Assembly (NCBI GenBank): GCA_964512225.1 | Contig: CAZEKB010000030.1 | Coordinates: 2,374-66,373 of the forward strand | From: an uncultured Rickettsiales bacterium | GTDB lineage: Bacteria; Myxococcota_A; UBA796; UBA9615 | Length of the DNA: 64,000 bases | Reading direction: 5' to 3' | Shown: one piece after another, positions 23,892 through 33,228 of the stretch | Numbering within the stretch: position 1 is the first letter of the stretch | How the letters are laid out: each line of letters opens with the position of its first letter | Made by a program: the position numbers and the translations under genes | The notes under the pieces: generated by a model | Told to the model about the DNA's origin: nothing | Databases searched by the model: none | Seen by the model: only the letters and a program-made list of their open reading frames with translations

Positions 23892-24583
23892 CAGAACCTC
23901 GAGATGATGACGGCGGCCGGGATCATGAGGAACCCCGTCGTGAAGGCCGACAGGGTGTGGGCGACGACCAGCCCGTCCCAGTCCTTGGCCGCGAACGCGT
24001 TGGCCATGAGCGCGCCGGTGGCGATGGTCAGCCCCATCGAGATGCCGTGGGCGATGGACAGCGCGATGTGCTTGTCGCGCGTGTTGTCCCACTGGGAGAG
24101 ACCCTTGTCCGCGACGCGCAGGGTGCCCCCGGGCCCCGGCGCCAGCCAGGCCATCACGCCCGCGGCGTAGTAGGTCGAGATCGAGGTCCCCGCGAGGACG
24201 CGGTGGAGGGCGAGGCTCGGCTCCAGCGAGGCGCGCTTGGGCGAGCCCGACTGCAGCGACACCCGGTTGATCATCCCCACGGTCTCGGCCGCGAAGAGCG
24301 TGGACAGCGAGGTCCACGCGAGCACCTGGTGGGCGGTGAGCATGTTGCGGCGCACCTCGAGGCGGTCGAGAGTCTCCCGCAGGGCCTCGGGGGACGAGTC
24401 CCCGCCCGGCTCGGCGGGGTTGTCGGCGGTGGCGGCGTTGCCCGGGGACAGGTCGGCGAGCGAGGCCGCGACGTTCAGGTCGACGTCGAGGTGGAAGCCG
24501 TCGGCCGCCTCGGCCCGGGGGGCGGCGAGGAGGAACAGGGCGACGAGCAGGGACAGTCGGCCCGGGAGGAGTCGGTTCGTCAC
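23891..24583 (-). CDS. Hypothetical integral membrane protein (230 aa).
   Basis: Tail of ORF 23891..25663 from a GTG start at 24583, with the Shine-Dalgarno sequence GGAGG 7 nt upstream. It has a signal/anchor (LLPGRLSLLVALFLLAAPRAEA) and C-terminal transmembrane helices (LSIAHGISMGLTIATGALMANAF..., TTGFLMIPAAVIISRF). Its TGA stop overlaps the ATG of the downstream cytochrome (ATGA). Confidence 0.6.
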   Translation of the reverse strand: MTNRLLPGRLSLLVALFLLAAPRAEAADGFHLDVDLNVAASLADLSPGNAATADNPAEPGGDSSPEALRETLDRLEVRRNMLTAHQVLAWTSLSTLFAAETVGMINRVSLQSGSPKRASLEPSLALHRVLAGTSISTYYAAGVMAWLAPGPGGTLRVADKGLSQWDNTRDKHIALSIAHGISMGLTIATGALMANAFAAKDWDGLVVAHTLSAFTTGFLMIPAAVIISRF

Positions 24584-25680
24584 TTCGCCACCTCCGCTTG
24601 CAGGAACGCGAGCAGGTCGTCGAGCTGCTGGTCGCTCAGGCGCTCCTTCGTATAGAAGGGCATGTAGGCCATGGGGACGCCGTAGGGGCGGGTCCCGTGC
24701 CGGACCGTCTCGTAGAAGCTCCGACCGTCCTCGGCGGTACGGAAGCGGAGCAGCTCCCGGTAGGACGCCTTGTTCGCCCCCAGCCGGTAGGTGCCGGGTC
24801 CTCCCCGGTCGTGGCATACGAGGCAGCCCTCCTTGAAGACGAACTCGCCCCGGGCCGCGTCGCCGGCCCCCGCGTACCCGGCCTCCCGATCGGCGGGCGG
24901 CTCGCCCGTGTGGGCGGGCGACTTCCGGAGGTAGTGCGACTTGACCGCCGCCACGGCTGCGGCTCGGTGGTCGGTGTTCTCCAGCGCGGCGGACACGATC
25001 GTGCGGGCCTCGTCGCTCAGGGCGAGGTCCCCCACCGTCATCTGCAGCGTCCACAGGTACGTGAGGACGGCGTCCATCTCCCAGTCCGCGAGCGTGCGAC
25101 CCTGGGAGCACTCCGCGCTGCAGAGCTGAATCGCCCAGCGGAGGCTCTTGTTCGCGGACTTCACGAGGCTGCCGTACTTCTTGATGTAGTCGTCGTTGAA
25201 CCAGGCCTCGCGGTTGACGATCCCCCACAGGGTCGTGGCCGGCAGGAGCTTGAGCCCGTGCTCGAGCGCGTACGACTGGCGGGCCTCCGGGTCGCTGACC
25301 GCGAGCGACGGGTCCTCGCGCACGACGTTGTGACAGTCGGTGCAGTCGAAGGCCGCCGAGACCCGCGGGCCGGCCTTGCCGAACGGGTCCTCGCCGCGTC
25401 CGCTCAGGACGATGGCCTCGCCCTGGGCCGCCAGCTGCGGGGCGGGCGGCATCCAGTGCTCGGCGGGCGGGTCCCCCAGCGCGCGGAGCAGGTCGCCGAC
25501 CGGGGTCTGCGGGGCGAGCAGGGACGGCGCCTCGGGCGGCTCGGGGGGGGCCTCCGGCTCGGCCGCGGGCGCGTCGGCGGGGTCGGTGGGGGGCTCGGCT
25601 TCGTCGGAGCTCGCGTCGGCTCGAGACCCCAGGACCGCGACCAACAACACGCACCCCAACCACGAAGCGATCCGAGCCAT
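24580..25680 (-). CDS. Secreted diheme cytochrome c (366 aa).
   Basis: The start MARIASWLGCVLLVAVLGSRADA lies inside ORF 24580..25734. Two CxxCH motifs (CTDCHN, CLVCHD). Shine-Dalgarno-like GGGAG upstream. Confidence 0.8.
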   Translation of the reverse strand: MARIASWLGCVLLVAVLGSRADASSDEAEPPTDPADAPAAEPEAPPEPPEAPSLLAPQTPVGDLLRALGDPPAEHWMPPAPQLAAQGEAIVLSGRGEDPFGKAGPRVSAAFDCTDCHNVVREDPSLAVSDPEARQSYALEHGLKLLPATTLWGIVNREAWFNDDYIKKYGSLVKSANKSLRWAIQLCSAECSQGRTLADWEMDAVLTYLWTLQMTVGDLALSDEARTIVSAALENTDHRAAAVAAVKSHYLRKSPAHTGEPPADREAGYAGAGDAARGEFVFKEGCLVCHDRGGPGTYRLGANKASYRELLRFRTAEDGRSFYETVRHGTRPYGVPMAYMPFYTKERLSDQQLDDLLAFLQAEVAK

Positions 25681-25816
25681 ATATCCATCTCCCACCGCAG
25701 AGGCGGCTCCCGAATCATAGCCGGCCCGCCTCACTCGTGCTTTTCGTTGGGTCCCCGCCGGGCTACCCTAAAGAAGTACGAGAAGGAGCCGACACGAGAG
25801 GAGGAGGACGCCCCCG

Positions 25817-27926
25817 GTGAGCGTGGACCCGAAGCCGACGTTGGGCCCGGACCTCTCCGCAACGCTGCGGAGCCAGGGGCGCCTGTTCCGTGCGCTCTCG
25901 AAGCAGTCGACCGACATCCTCTTCGTGCTGGACCACGTGGGCAACATCGGCTTCGTCGGGGAGTCCTGCGAGCCCCGCCTCGGGCTCAAGTCCTCGGAGC
26001 TGATCGGCACCTCCTTCTTCGACCGCGTGCACCCGTCGGAGCGCGTCGGGGTCCTCGAGAAGCTCCGCGAGCTGGGCGCCGACGCGGACAGCTCCCTGCG
26101 CTTCCGATGCCGCTACAAACACGGCGAGGGCCGCCGACTCCGCCTCGCCGCGGAGGCCATCCCCTGCGAGTTCAAGGGGCGACCGTCGGGCGTCCTGCTC
26201 ACGGTCCGGGACGTCACCGAAGAGTCCCGCAAGCGGCGCGAGCTTCAGCGGCGCGAGCGATGGCTCCGGGCCATCACGCGCAACGCGCTCGACATGCTCA
26301 CGATCATCCCCCTGTCGGGCCCTCCCCAGTGGCTCGGCGGGAGCATCGACCGGATCCTCGGCTACGAAGCGAGCGAGCTGCGGGGGCCCGAGGCGTGGGC
26401 GCCCGTGCACCCCGACGACCTCCCCCGCCTCAAGGAGGTGATCGACCGGTGCGCCCGGGAGAAGGGCGCCGCCGTGCGGATCGAGTACCGCATGCAGCGC
26501 AAGGACGGGGCCCACATCCACGTCGAGACGCTGGTGTCGAACTGCCTCGACGACCCTCACGTGCGCGGGCTCATCCTCAATACCCGCGACATCACGGGCC
26601 GCATCCAACGGGACCCCCTCACCGGCCTCGCCAACCGCCGCGTCTTCCTCGACCGCCTGGGCCAGGCCCTGAAGGTGTGCGCCGAGTCGCCCGGGCGGCG
26701 CGTCGCCGTGCTGGTGGTGGACGTCGACCGGTTCAAGTCCGTGAACGACAGCTTCGGGCTCCAGGCGGGCGACGGCCTGCTCGTGGGGGTGGCCGAGCGG
26801 CTCGCGAGCTGGCTCCGACCCGGCGACACCGTGGCGCGCATCGGCGGGGACGAGTTCGCGATGCTCTTCGACGGCATCGCCGACGACGACGAGGTGCAGA
26901 CCCTCGCCGAGGGGGTCCAGCACGGCCTCTCGAGCCCGTTCCAGCTCGACTCGCACACGCTGTTCGCGTCCGCCAGCCTCGGCTTCACGGTGGGTGACGG
27001 CAGCGTGAAGCGGCCGGAGAACCTCCTGGGCAACGCCCTCACCGCCCTCAACCGCGCCAAGGCGGCGGGCCGCGGGCGACGACAGGGCTTCGCGAGCACC
27101 ATGCGCACCGAGGCCCCTGCGCGAGGTCACCATGGAGCTCGACCTGCACCACGCGCTGCGGCGCGGCGAGCTGCTGCTCCACTACCAGCCGATCATCCGG
27201 CTCGACCAGCCCAAGCTGGTGGGCCTCGAGGCCCTCATTCGCTGGCGCAGCGAGGCCCGGGGCTTCGTGCCCCCGTCCGAGTTCATCCCCGCGGCCGAGG
27301 AGGCCGGGCTGATCTTCAAGATCGAGGAGTGGGTGCTGCGCAACGCGTTCCGCCAGAGCGTGCTGTGGCGCAAGACCTATCCCATCGCCGAGGACGTGGT
27401 GCTCGCGGTCAATCTCTCGGCGAAGCAGCTCGCCCGCCCGGAGCTGCCCACCTGGATCGACGACATCCTCGCCGAGACCGGAGCGGACCCGCAGTCGCTG
27501 CGGATCGAGGTCACGGAGAGCGCCTTCATCGACCGCCCCGAGGAGGCGGCCGCGTCCCTGTCGAAGCTCAAGGAGCGCGGGTTCCACCTCGCCCTGGACG
27601 ACTTCGGCACCGGCTACGCCTCACTCGCGCACCTCCACCGCTTCCCCTTCGACACCCTGAAGATCGATCAGAGCTTCATCGCGCGCCTGGGCGACACCGG
27701 CGACGCTCACCGGCTCGTCTCCGCCATCATCGCCATGGCCTCCGGACTCGGCCTGGAGGTCGTGGCCGAGGGCATCGAGAACCGCGAGCAGCTGAGCCTG
27801 CTGCGCGCGATGGGGTGCGTGCAGGGGCAGGGCTACCTGTTCGCCAAGGGCATGTCGGCGATGCGCGTCGGGTCGTACTTCCAACGGATCGGCGAGACGA
27901 CCGAGCCTCTTCGCAGCGTCGGCTGA
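25817..27926 (+). CDS. PAS-GGDEF-EAL c-di-GMP turnover protein whose reading frame is interrupted between the GGDEF and EAL domains.
   Basis: The GGDEF part runs from GTG at 25817 (RIGGDEFAMLF ... NRAKAAGRGRRQGFASTMRTEAP). The EAL part is ORF 27132..27926 (HYQPII ... EGIENREQ ... QGQGYLF). One extra C in the run gaggcccctgcg (about 27111-27119) would give the contiguous linker ...MRTEAPLREVTMELDLHHALRRGELLLHYQP. Confidence 0.8.
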
Positions 27927-27949
27927 GCCCGACCCCCTATAGTGGGGCG

Positions 27950-28966
27950 ATGCTCGCTCGTCCCCTCCGCTGCGCCGCTCTCCTGGCTGCCGGAGCCATG
28001 CTCGGCGCGACCCCCGCCGCGGCCGAAGAGGCAGACGCGCCCGCGACGCCCCCGGCCGAAGAGCCGATGAGCGCGGCGGACCGCTTCGCGGGCACGACCT
28101 TCCTGTACGAGAACGCCTTCTCGATCGGGCACGGGGGCGACCTCGCTCCCGACGCCTCCCGCGTCTACAGCATGTCGTGGATCATCACGCCGTCCTTCGC
28201 GTTCACCGAGGCGTTGTCGACGTCGCTGCGCATCCCCCTCACCGAAGAGCTGACCGAGGGCGGGGATACGTTCGACGACGAGCTCGTCGTGGGCAACGTC
28301 GAGTGGTCCCTCGACGCGTCCCTCCCCACGCCGCCGATCGAGGCCCTCTCCGGGGGCGTCGGCATCGGGCTGGAGCTGCCCACGAGCAAGGTGTCCCGCG
28401 CCGAGTCCCTGATCCTCGGTCTGGGCCCCTACTTCAGCGGGACCGTGACCGCCCCCGTGCTCGACGGGATCGCGCTCGGCTACACGATCGCGCCGTCGCC
28501 GCGGCTGCAGCGCTACACGACCTGGTCGAACCTCACGCCCCGGCCGTGCTCGCCCGCGGCGGGCTGCACCTTCGGCCCCACCGGCACCACGGACACCGGC
28601 TACCGAAACACCGCGATCCGCATCGTCCAGGACTTCTCGCTCTCGGTCACCGGCATGGACGAGCGGCTCAGCGTCTCCGCCGTCTTCCAGCTCGCCCACG
28701 CCAAGCTGCACCCCAAGAGCCCGTCGCCCCGGTACGACGAGGCCTCGCTGTCCCCCCCCGCCAACGCGGGTGGAGACCCATGGACGCTGTCCTACTCGCT
28801 CGTGTTCGACGTCTCCTTCCAGGTCCACCCGTTCCTCGGCCTGTCGGTCGGCGCGTGGACGCCCGGGGGCATGCGCCCCGACGGCGGCTGGTACCTGCCC
28901 CTGGGCAATCGCTTCACGCAGCTGTACTTCGACATCACGCTGTCGCCCGCGGCCCTGGCGCAATGA
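27950..28966 (+). CDS. Secreted hypothetical protein (338 aa), possibly a beta-rich outer-membrane or periplasmic protein.
   Basis: ATG at 27950, sharing by chance the frame of the long artefactual ORF 25817..28966. Signal peptide MLARPLRCAALLAAGAMLGATPAAA. Alternating hydrophobic pattern and an aromatic C-terminus. No known motif. Confidence 0.55.
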   Translation: MLARPLRCAALLAAGAMLGATPAAAEEADAPATPPAEEPMSAADRFAGTTFLYENAFSIGHGGDLAPDASRVYSMSWIITPSFAFTEALSTSLRIPLTEELTEGGDTFDDELVVGNVEWSLDASLPTPPIEALSGGVGIGLELPTSKVSRAESLILGLGPYFSGTVTAPVLDGIALGYTIAPSPRLQRYTTWSNLTPRPCSPAAGCTFGPTGTTDTGYRNTAIRIVQDFSLSVTGMDERLSVSAVFQLAHAKLHPKSPSPRYDEASLSPPANAGGDPWTLSYSLVFDVSFQVHPFLGLSVGAWTPGGMRPDGGWYLPLGNRFTQLYFDITLSPAALAQ

Positions 28967-31665
28967 GGCCCCTGCTGCTCGCGCTCACCCTGCTCGCGGC
29001 GGGGTGTCCGGGCGCCGCGATCCTCGACGACGACGACGTCGCTCCGACCCCCACCGAGCCCGACGCACCGGAGTCTTCGGGCGCCCTCGAGGCGGCGGCG
29101 TGGTGGGGCGAGCTCGTGCTCGGCAGCGGCACGGAGACCGGACGGTGCCTGGCCGTGCAGGTCGACGACGCGGTGGCCCTGGGCCTGTGCGACCTGGGCA
29201 ACGGGCGGGGCTGGACCTACGACGCGGGCGCGCTCACCCTCACGAACGACGGCCTGTGCCTCGACGGCGGGGGCTCCGCGATCCACGCCGCGGCCTGCGA
29301 CGGCGGCTCGGATCAGCGCTGGGTCCACGACGCAGACGGCCGGCTGAGGACCCTGCTCGAGGGCGCCGACACCTGGGACTGCGCTCACGTGGTCGACCGC
29401 ACCGTGTTCCCCACCGTGGAGCGCTGCGACGACGGCCCCGACCAGCGGTGGGCGGTGGAGCCGCGACGGGCGGCCGTCGATCCGAGCTTCCTCGAGGGGC
29501 TGGGCCCCATGCGCGTGCCCGTGCCCCTGAACCCCGTCGCCGCGGTGGAGGCCGGGGCCGCGCCGCTGCTGCTCAGCGAGGAGGGCACGCCGGTGGTCGT
29601 CGCGGGGTCGATCGGGGCGGGCCGGGTCGTCGCGTTCGGCTCCGCCCGGGCGATCCGCGGCAGCGACCCCAACGACAGCTGGGCCCTCTTCTGGGGCCGC
29701 GTCCTCGCGTGGCTCGGAGACGACGAGGACCCCGTGGTGGGCCTCGGCCCCGACGCGACGGGGGCCGATTGGCTGAGCGACCTCGGCGTCACGGCCACCC
29801 CGGGCGTCGACCTGCTCACGGGCTCGCTCGCGGGGCTGGACATCCTGATCGTCGGCGACCGCGAGGGGGGCGGATTCGACCCCGCCGAGGTCGAAGTCCT
29901 GCACGAGTTCCTGCGCGACGGCGGCGGGCTGCTCCTGGCCCGCGACGCCTACCCGGCCGACGCGTACACCGCCGTGCAGCCCCTCGACGAGTACCGCACC
30001 GTCGCCGCCGCCGCCCCCGCGGGGGTGGCCTGGACGTGGTCGACGTCGAACGGCGCGGCCACGGACGTGGACCTGACGCCGACCGCGGAACCCGGCGCGT
30101 TCCACAACCTCACCGCCGCCCTCGAGCTCGCGAGCCGCGCCGAGCAGGACCTCGAGGAGCTCGAGCTCGAGACGTGGCAGGCGCTCCGCCGCGACTCCGC
30201 GGCCCCGGGCAGCGCGGGCACGCGCGGGAGCCGCTGGGGCCGACTCGCGGCCGCCACGGATGCGCTGCGGCGGGAGCTCGGCGGCCTCACGATCTCGGTG
30301 GACGACCCCCTGGACTTCAGCAGCGGTCAGCTCCCGGACCTCGTCCTGAGGGGCGACTACGTGCTCACCGGGGGCCTCGAGCCCGGGGACCCCCGCGTGC
30401 ACGAGTCGGCGGTCGCCTTCCCCGGGCCGATCCTCGACGACGCCGAGCCGGGGAGCGGCAGCGCCCGGATCGTCACCTTCGCGCCCCTGCGCGCGCACCG
30501 CCGGAGCACGGGGCTGTACGCGCTGCCCGGCTCGACGGTCGTCGTGACGGTGCCCTCGACGGCCTTCGAGCGCGGCCTGCACCTGCGCATCGGCGACGCG
30601 CTGCTCGATACGATGCCGGGAGTGGGCGATGCGAACCCCGGCGAGACGCCCCGCTTCCCCCGCCCCTGGACCGCCGCCCGCCTCGAACGCGCCGAGGTCG
30701 CCGTGGCCACGGCCTTCGGGGGGCCGATCTACGTGGACGTGCCCCAGGGCGACGGCGGGGGCCCGGTGACCCTGGAGTTCGAGGGCGTGGTCGGCATGCC
30801 GACCTTCCGCCCGGAGACGACCGACGACGAGTGGGGCGACGTGCAGGTCGCGCACCCCGGCGCCCGGGCCGAGATCGGCGGACAGCACCTCATCGTATCG
30901 GGGCCCGCCGCCGTCCTTCGCCTGGTGGAGACGCCGAGCTCCCTCGCCGCCCAGTTCGACGCCGCGGTCGCCGCCCACGAGACGTTCGCCGCGCTCACGG
31001 AGGGCCTGCGGCGCGCGTCGGAGGCGCTCCCGCACCGGGTGGTCGCCGACCCGCGGCAGGCCACGGGGTTCGCGTCGGGGCGTCCCCTGGAGATGGCCGA
31101 GGCGTGGACCCGCGGGCTGGTGTTCGAGGACCTGCAGCTCGGCAACGAGGCGCTCTTCGACCTGCTCCGCAGGCTCGGGGCGACCTATCGCCGCGACGTG
31201 TGGTCCCCCGCCGGCTGGCGGGGGGCGATGGAGGCGCTGGCCGCGGTGTACGCGTTCGAGGAGGCCACGGGCCTGCCCGGCTCCGAGGCGTGGCAGGGCA
31301 ACATCAACGACACGAGCCGGCAGATCCGTCGCGGGGATTGGTTGGCGGGGGACGCGAGCGGCTGGGACGCGGGCTTGGAGACCACCCTCGAGCTGTTCCT
31401 GATCGTCCGGGACGAGTTCGGCTGGGATCCGATCCTGACGGTCATCGCGGACCTGCGCGCCCTCCCGGGCGACGAACAGCCCGAGGACGGCGCCGCCAAG
31501 CTGCACGAGTGGATCGTCCGCCTCTCGGCGGAGGCCGGGGTGGACGTGGTGGGGCTCTTCCAAGCCTGGCGCTTCCCCATCGACGAGGCCACGCTCGAGG
31601 CCACCGAGGGCCTCACGGAGTGGACGCAGTGGCCGCGCCTCGAGCCCCCGCCGCCCGAAGAGTAG
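28963..31665 (+). CDS. Large lipoprotein (900 aa) with a ricin-B-type beta-trefoil lectin domain and a ThuA/class-I glutamine-amidotransferase-like domain.
   Basis: ATG overlaps the upstream stop (ATGA). Lipobox LLAAGCPG. QxW lectin motifs (DQRWVHD, DQRWAVE) with paired Cys. ThuA-like segment LDILIVGDREGGGFDPAEVEVLHEFLRDGGGLL. The C-terminal ~450 aa is unassigned. Confidence 0.75.
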   Translation: MRPLLLALTLLAAGCPGAAILDDDDVAPTPTEPDAPESSGALEAAAWWGELVLGSGTETGRCLAVQVDDAVALGLCDLGNGRGWTYDAGALTLTNDGLCLDGGGSAIHAAACDGGSDQRWVHDADGRLRTLLEGADTWDCAHVVDRTVFPTVERCDDGPDQRWAVEPRRAAVDPSFLEGLGPMRVPVPLNPVAAVEAGAAPLLLSEEGTPVVVAGSIGAGRVVAFGSARAIRGSDPNDSWALFWGRVLAWLGDDEDPVVGLGPDATGADWLSDLGVTATPGVDLLTGSLAGLDILIVGDREGGGFDPAEVEVLHEFLRDGGGLLLARDAYPADAYTAVQPLDEYRTVAAAAPAGVAWTWSTSNGAATDVDLTPTAEPGAFHNLTAALELASRAEQDLEELELETWQALRRDSAAPGSAGTRGSRWGRLAAATDALRRELGGLTISVDDPLDFSSGQLPDLVLRGDYVLTGGLEPGDPRVHESAVAFPGPILDDAEPGSGSARIVTFAPLRAHRRSTGLYALPGSTVVVTVPSTAFERGLHLRIGDALLDTMPGVGDANPGETPRFPRPWTAARLERAEVAVATAFGGPIYVDVPQGDGGGPVTLEFEGVVGMPTFRPETTDDEWGDVQVAHPGARAEIGGQHLIVSGPAAVLRLVETPSSLAAQFDAAVAAHETFAALTEGLRRASEALPHRVVADPRQATGFASGRPLEMAEAWTRGLVFEDLQLGNEALFDLLRRLGATYRRDVWSPAGWRGAMEALAAVYAFEEATGLPGSEAWQGNINDTSRQIRRGDWLAGDASGWDAGLETTLELFLIVRDEFGWDPILTVIADLRALPGDEQPEDGAAKLHEWIVRLSAEAGVDVVGLFQAWRFPIDEATLEATEGLTEWTQWPRLEPPPPEE

Positions 31666-31752
31666 GCCCCCCCCCGCAGGTCGCCGGTGACCCCTCCCCT
31701 CCACCTGGTGGGCGCCGATCTCCGGGCCCGAACGAGAGCGTCGCCTCTCTCG

Positions 31753-33228
31753 CTAACCGACCATCAGTCGCTGCCACCACGACTGCCTCAGCCCATCCTC
31801 GCCGCTCCTCAGCCAAGTGGCGAACTCACGCGGCGTCTCGACGACGACGATGTTGCCCTGCGCCTTCGCCTTGATGCGTGCGGGGAGCTTCGCCACGAAC
31901 CGATTGACCTCGTAGGACTGGTAGTTCTCAGCGAAGATGATCCGCTTGCGGTCCCGCCCCCATGAGCGGATCTCGGCCTTACCGAGCTGGATGGCATCGA
32001 CCCACTGGGTTCGACCCGAGTCGAACAGTTCCTGGATCGGCTGCCGGGGGAAGCACGCCGGAACCTCTCTGTGAGCCTGGTCGTACAGCTTCATGAAGAC
32101 CCGGCGTGCGGCGAGAAGATCATCGCCGTCGGTCACGTCCTGATCCGCGAGCTCTTTGAGATAGAGGAAGGAGAACCACTTGAAGATGTCGTTCGGCTGC
32201 TCGAGCACCGCTTTGAGGTGGTCCTTCGTCTCCGCGTTGTCGGGGAAGAGGACGTCGAAGTCGAGCATCCGCATCCGGCTGAACGCCCAGGTGTCGTTGG
32301 CCGTGGGCAGCTTATTGCTGGATACGATGATGGCCGGGAATACGCGCTCCTCGCTCCACCACTTCTCCCAGTACTCCTTGTAGACGCGCTCCAAGTCTCC
32401 CTTCTTCGAAGACAGGACGACGTCGTCGAACACCAGCGGGAACGTGGTGCGGGTCTGACCGAGACTCTGGATGTTCGCCTTCTTGAAGGCATCGTTGCCC
32501 AGGAGCCGCCAGCGCCGCCCCGTAAGCAGCCGGAGCGCGAACGTCAAGAACGTGGACTTGCCTGTGTGACTCGGCCCGTGGATGAAGAGGAACAAGGGCC
32601 CCCGCAGATCGACCTGACCGAAGCGCCTCCTCTTGAGCTTCATCAGCTCCGTGGCGAAGGGGGCCGACAGAATGCACAGCAAGGCCTCGAACATCGCCAT
32701 CTTGGCCCTCTTCGGGTAGAGGGAGCTTCCGAGGTCCACCGTTGCCAAGTAGTCCTCGATATTCCTGAGGGCTGCATCGAGTACTTCGGGTGTGGGCAGC
32801 GGCGCGGTGCGGCGGGTGTCCGTCTCCGAGTCGAGGCCCAGGTAGACCATCTGCCGCTCGAGATCGACTTGCATGGCCGGAACCCTTGTTCGACGACTTC
32901 GGAATCCGAGGAGGTCGGAACGGCGCAGTCGGACCGTCCCGTCGGGAGCCTCCGTCGCCTTGTACGGGGAGAGCGCCTGCAACGCTGCATCCTTCGCCTT
33001 CCGCGTTGCATCGCTGGGCAACGCGAATTCGATGATCTCCTCGGGAAGGGCCTGCCCGTCGTGCGGCACCAGCGCCTTCGTGGTCACTTCCTGGAGGGTC
33101 GCTTGCACCACGCGCATGACCTGCTCGTCGTCGCCCTCGGACAAGATCGCCTTCACCCACCGCTCCGCGATTGAGTGAGGCTGCTCGCTGCCGTCTCGGT
33201 CCGCCAGCAGCTCCCTCAAGTCTCCCAA
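31753..33228 (-). CDS. P-loop NTPase with SF3-helicase-like motifs (491 aa), function unknown, translationally coupled to the upstream PLD nuclease.
   Basis: ORF 31753..33228. Walker A PLFLFIHGPSHTGKSTF (the GPxxTGKS pattern of E1/Rep SF3 helicases), Walker B PLVFDDV, and motif-C-like AIIVSSNKLP. The start is TTG at 33228 (Shine-Dalgarno GAGG 6 nt upstream), or TTG at 33219 overlapping the PLD stop (TTGA). Hand-counted GC is about 60-63% against more than 70% in the flanks. The protein is Lys/Phe/Trp-rich. Confidence 0.8.
   Translation of the reverse strand: MGDLRELLADRDGSEQPHSIAERWVKAILSEGDDEQVMRVVQATLQEVTTKALVPHDGQALPEEIIEFALPSDATRKAKDAALQALSPYKATEAPDGTVRLRRSDLLGFRSRRTRVPAMQVDLERQMVYLGLDSETDTRRTAPLPTPEVLDAALRNIEDYLATVDLGSSLYPKRAKMAMFEALLCILSAPFATELMKLKRRRFGQVDLRGPLFLFIHGPSHTGKSTFLTFALRLLTGRRWRLLGNDAFKKANIQSLGQTRTTFPLVFDDVVLSSKKGDLERVYKEYWEKWWSEERVFPAIIVSSNKLPTANDTWAFSRMRMLDFDVLFPDNAETKDHLKAVLEQPNDIFKWFSFLYLKELADQDVTDGDDLLAARRVFMKLYDQAHREVPACFPRQPIQELFDSGRTQWVDAIQLGKAEIRSWGRDRKRIIFAENYQSYEVNRFVAKLPARIKAKAQGNIVVVETPREFATWLRSGEDGLRQSWWQRLMVG

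Noticed and set aside
31666-31752. Rho-independent terminator between the ricin-lectin lipoprotein and the NTPase gene (CCACCTGGTGG palindrome)
   Set aside because: Only a 4-bp stem with a 3-nt loop is possible and there is no U-tract. Not convincing as a terminator.
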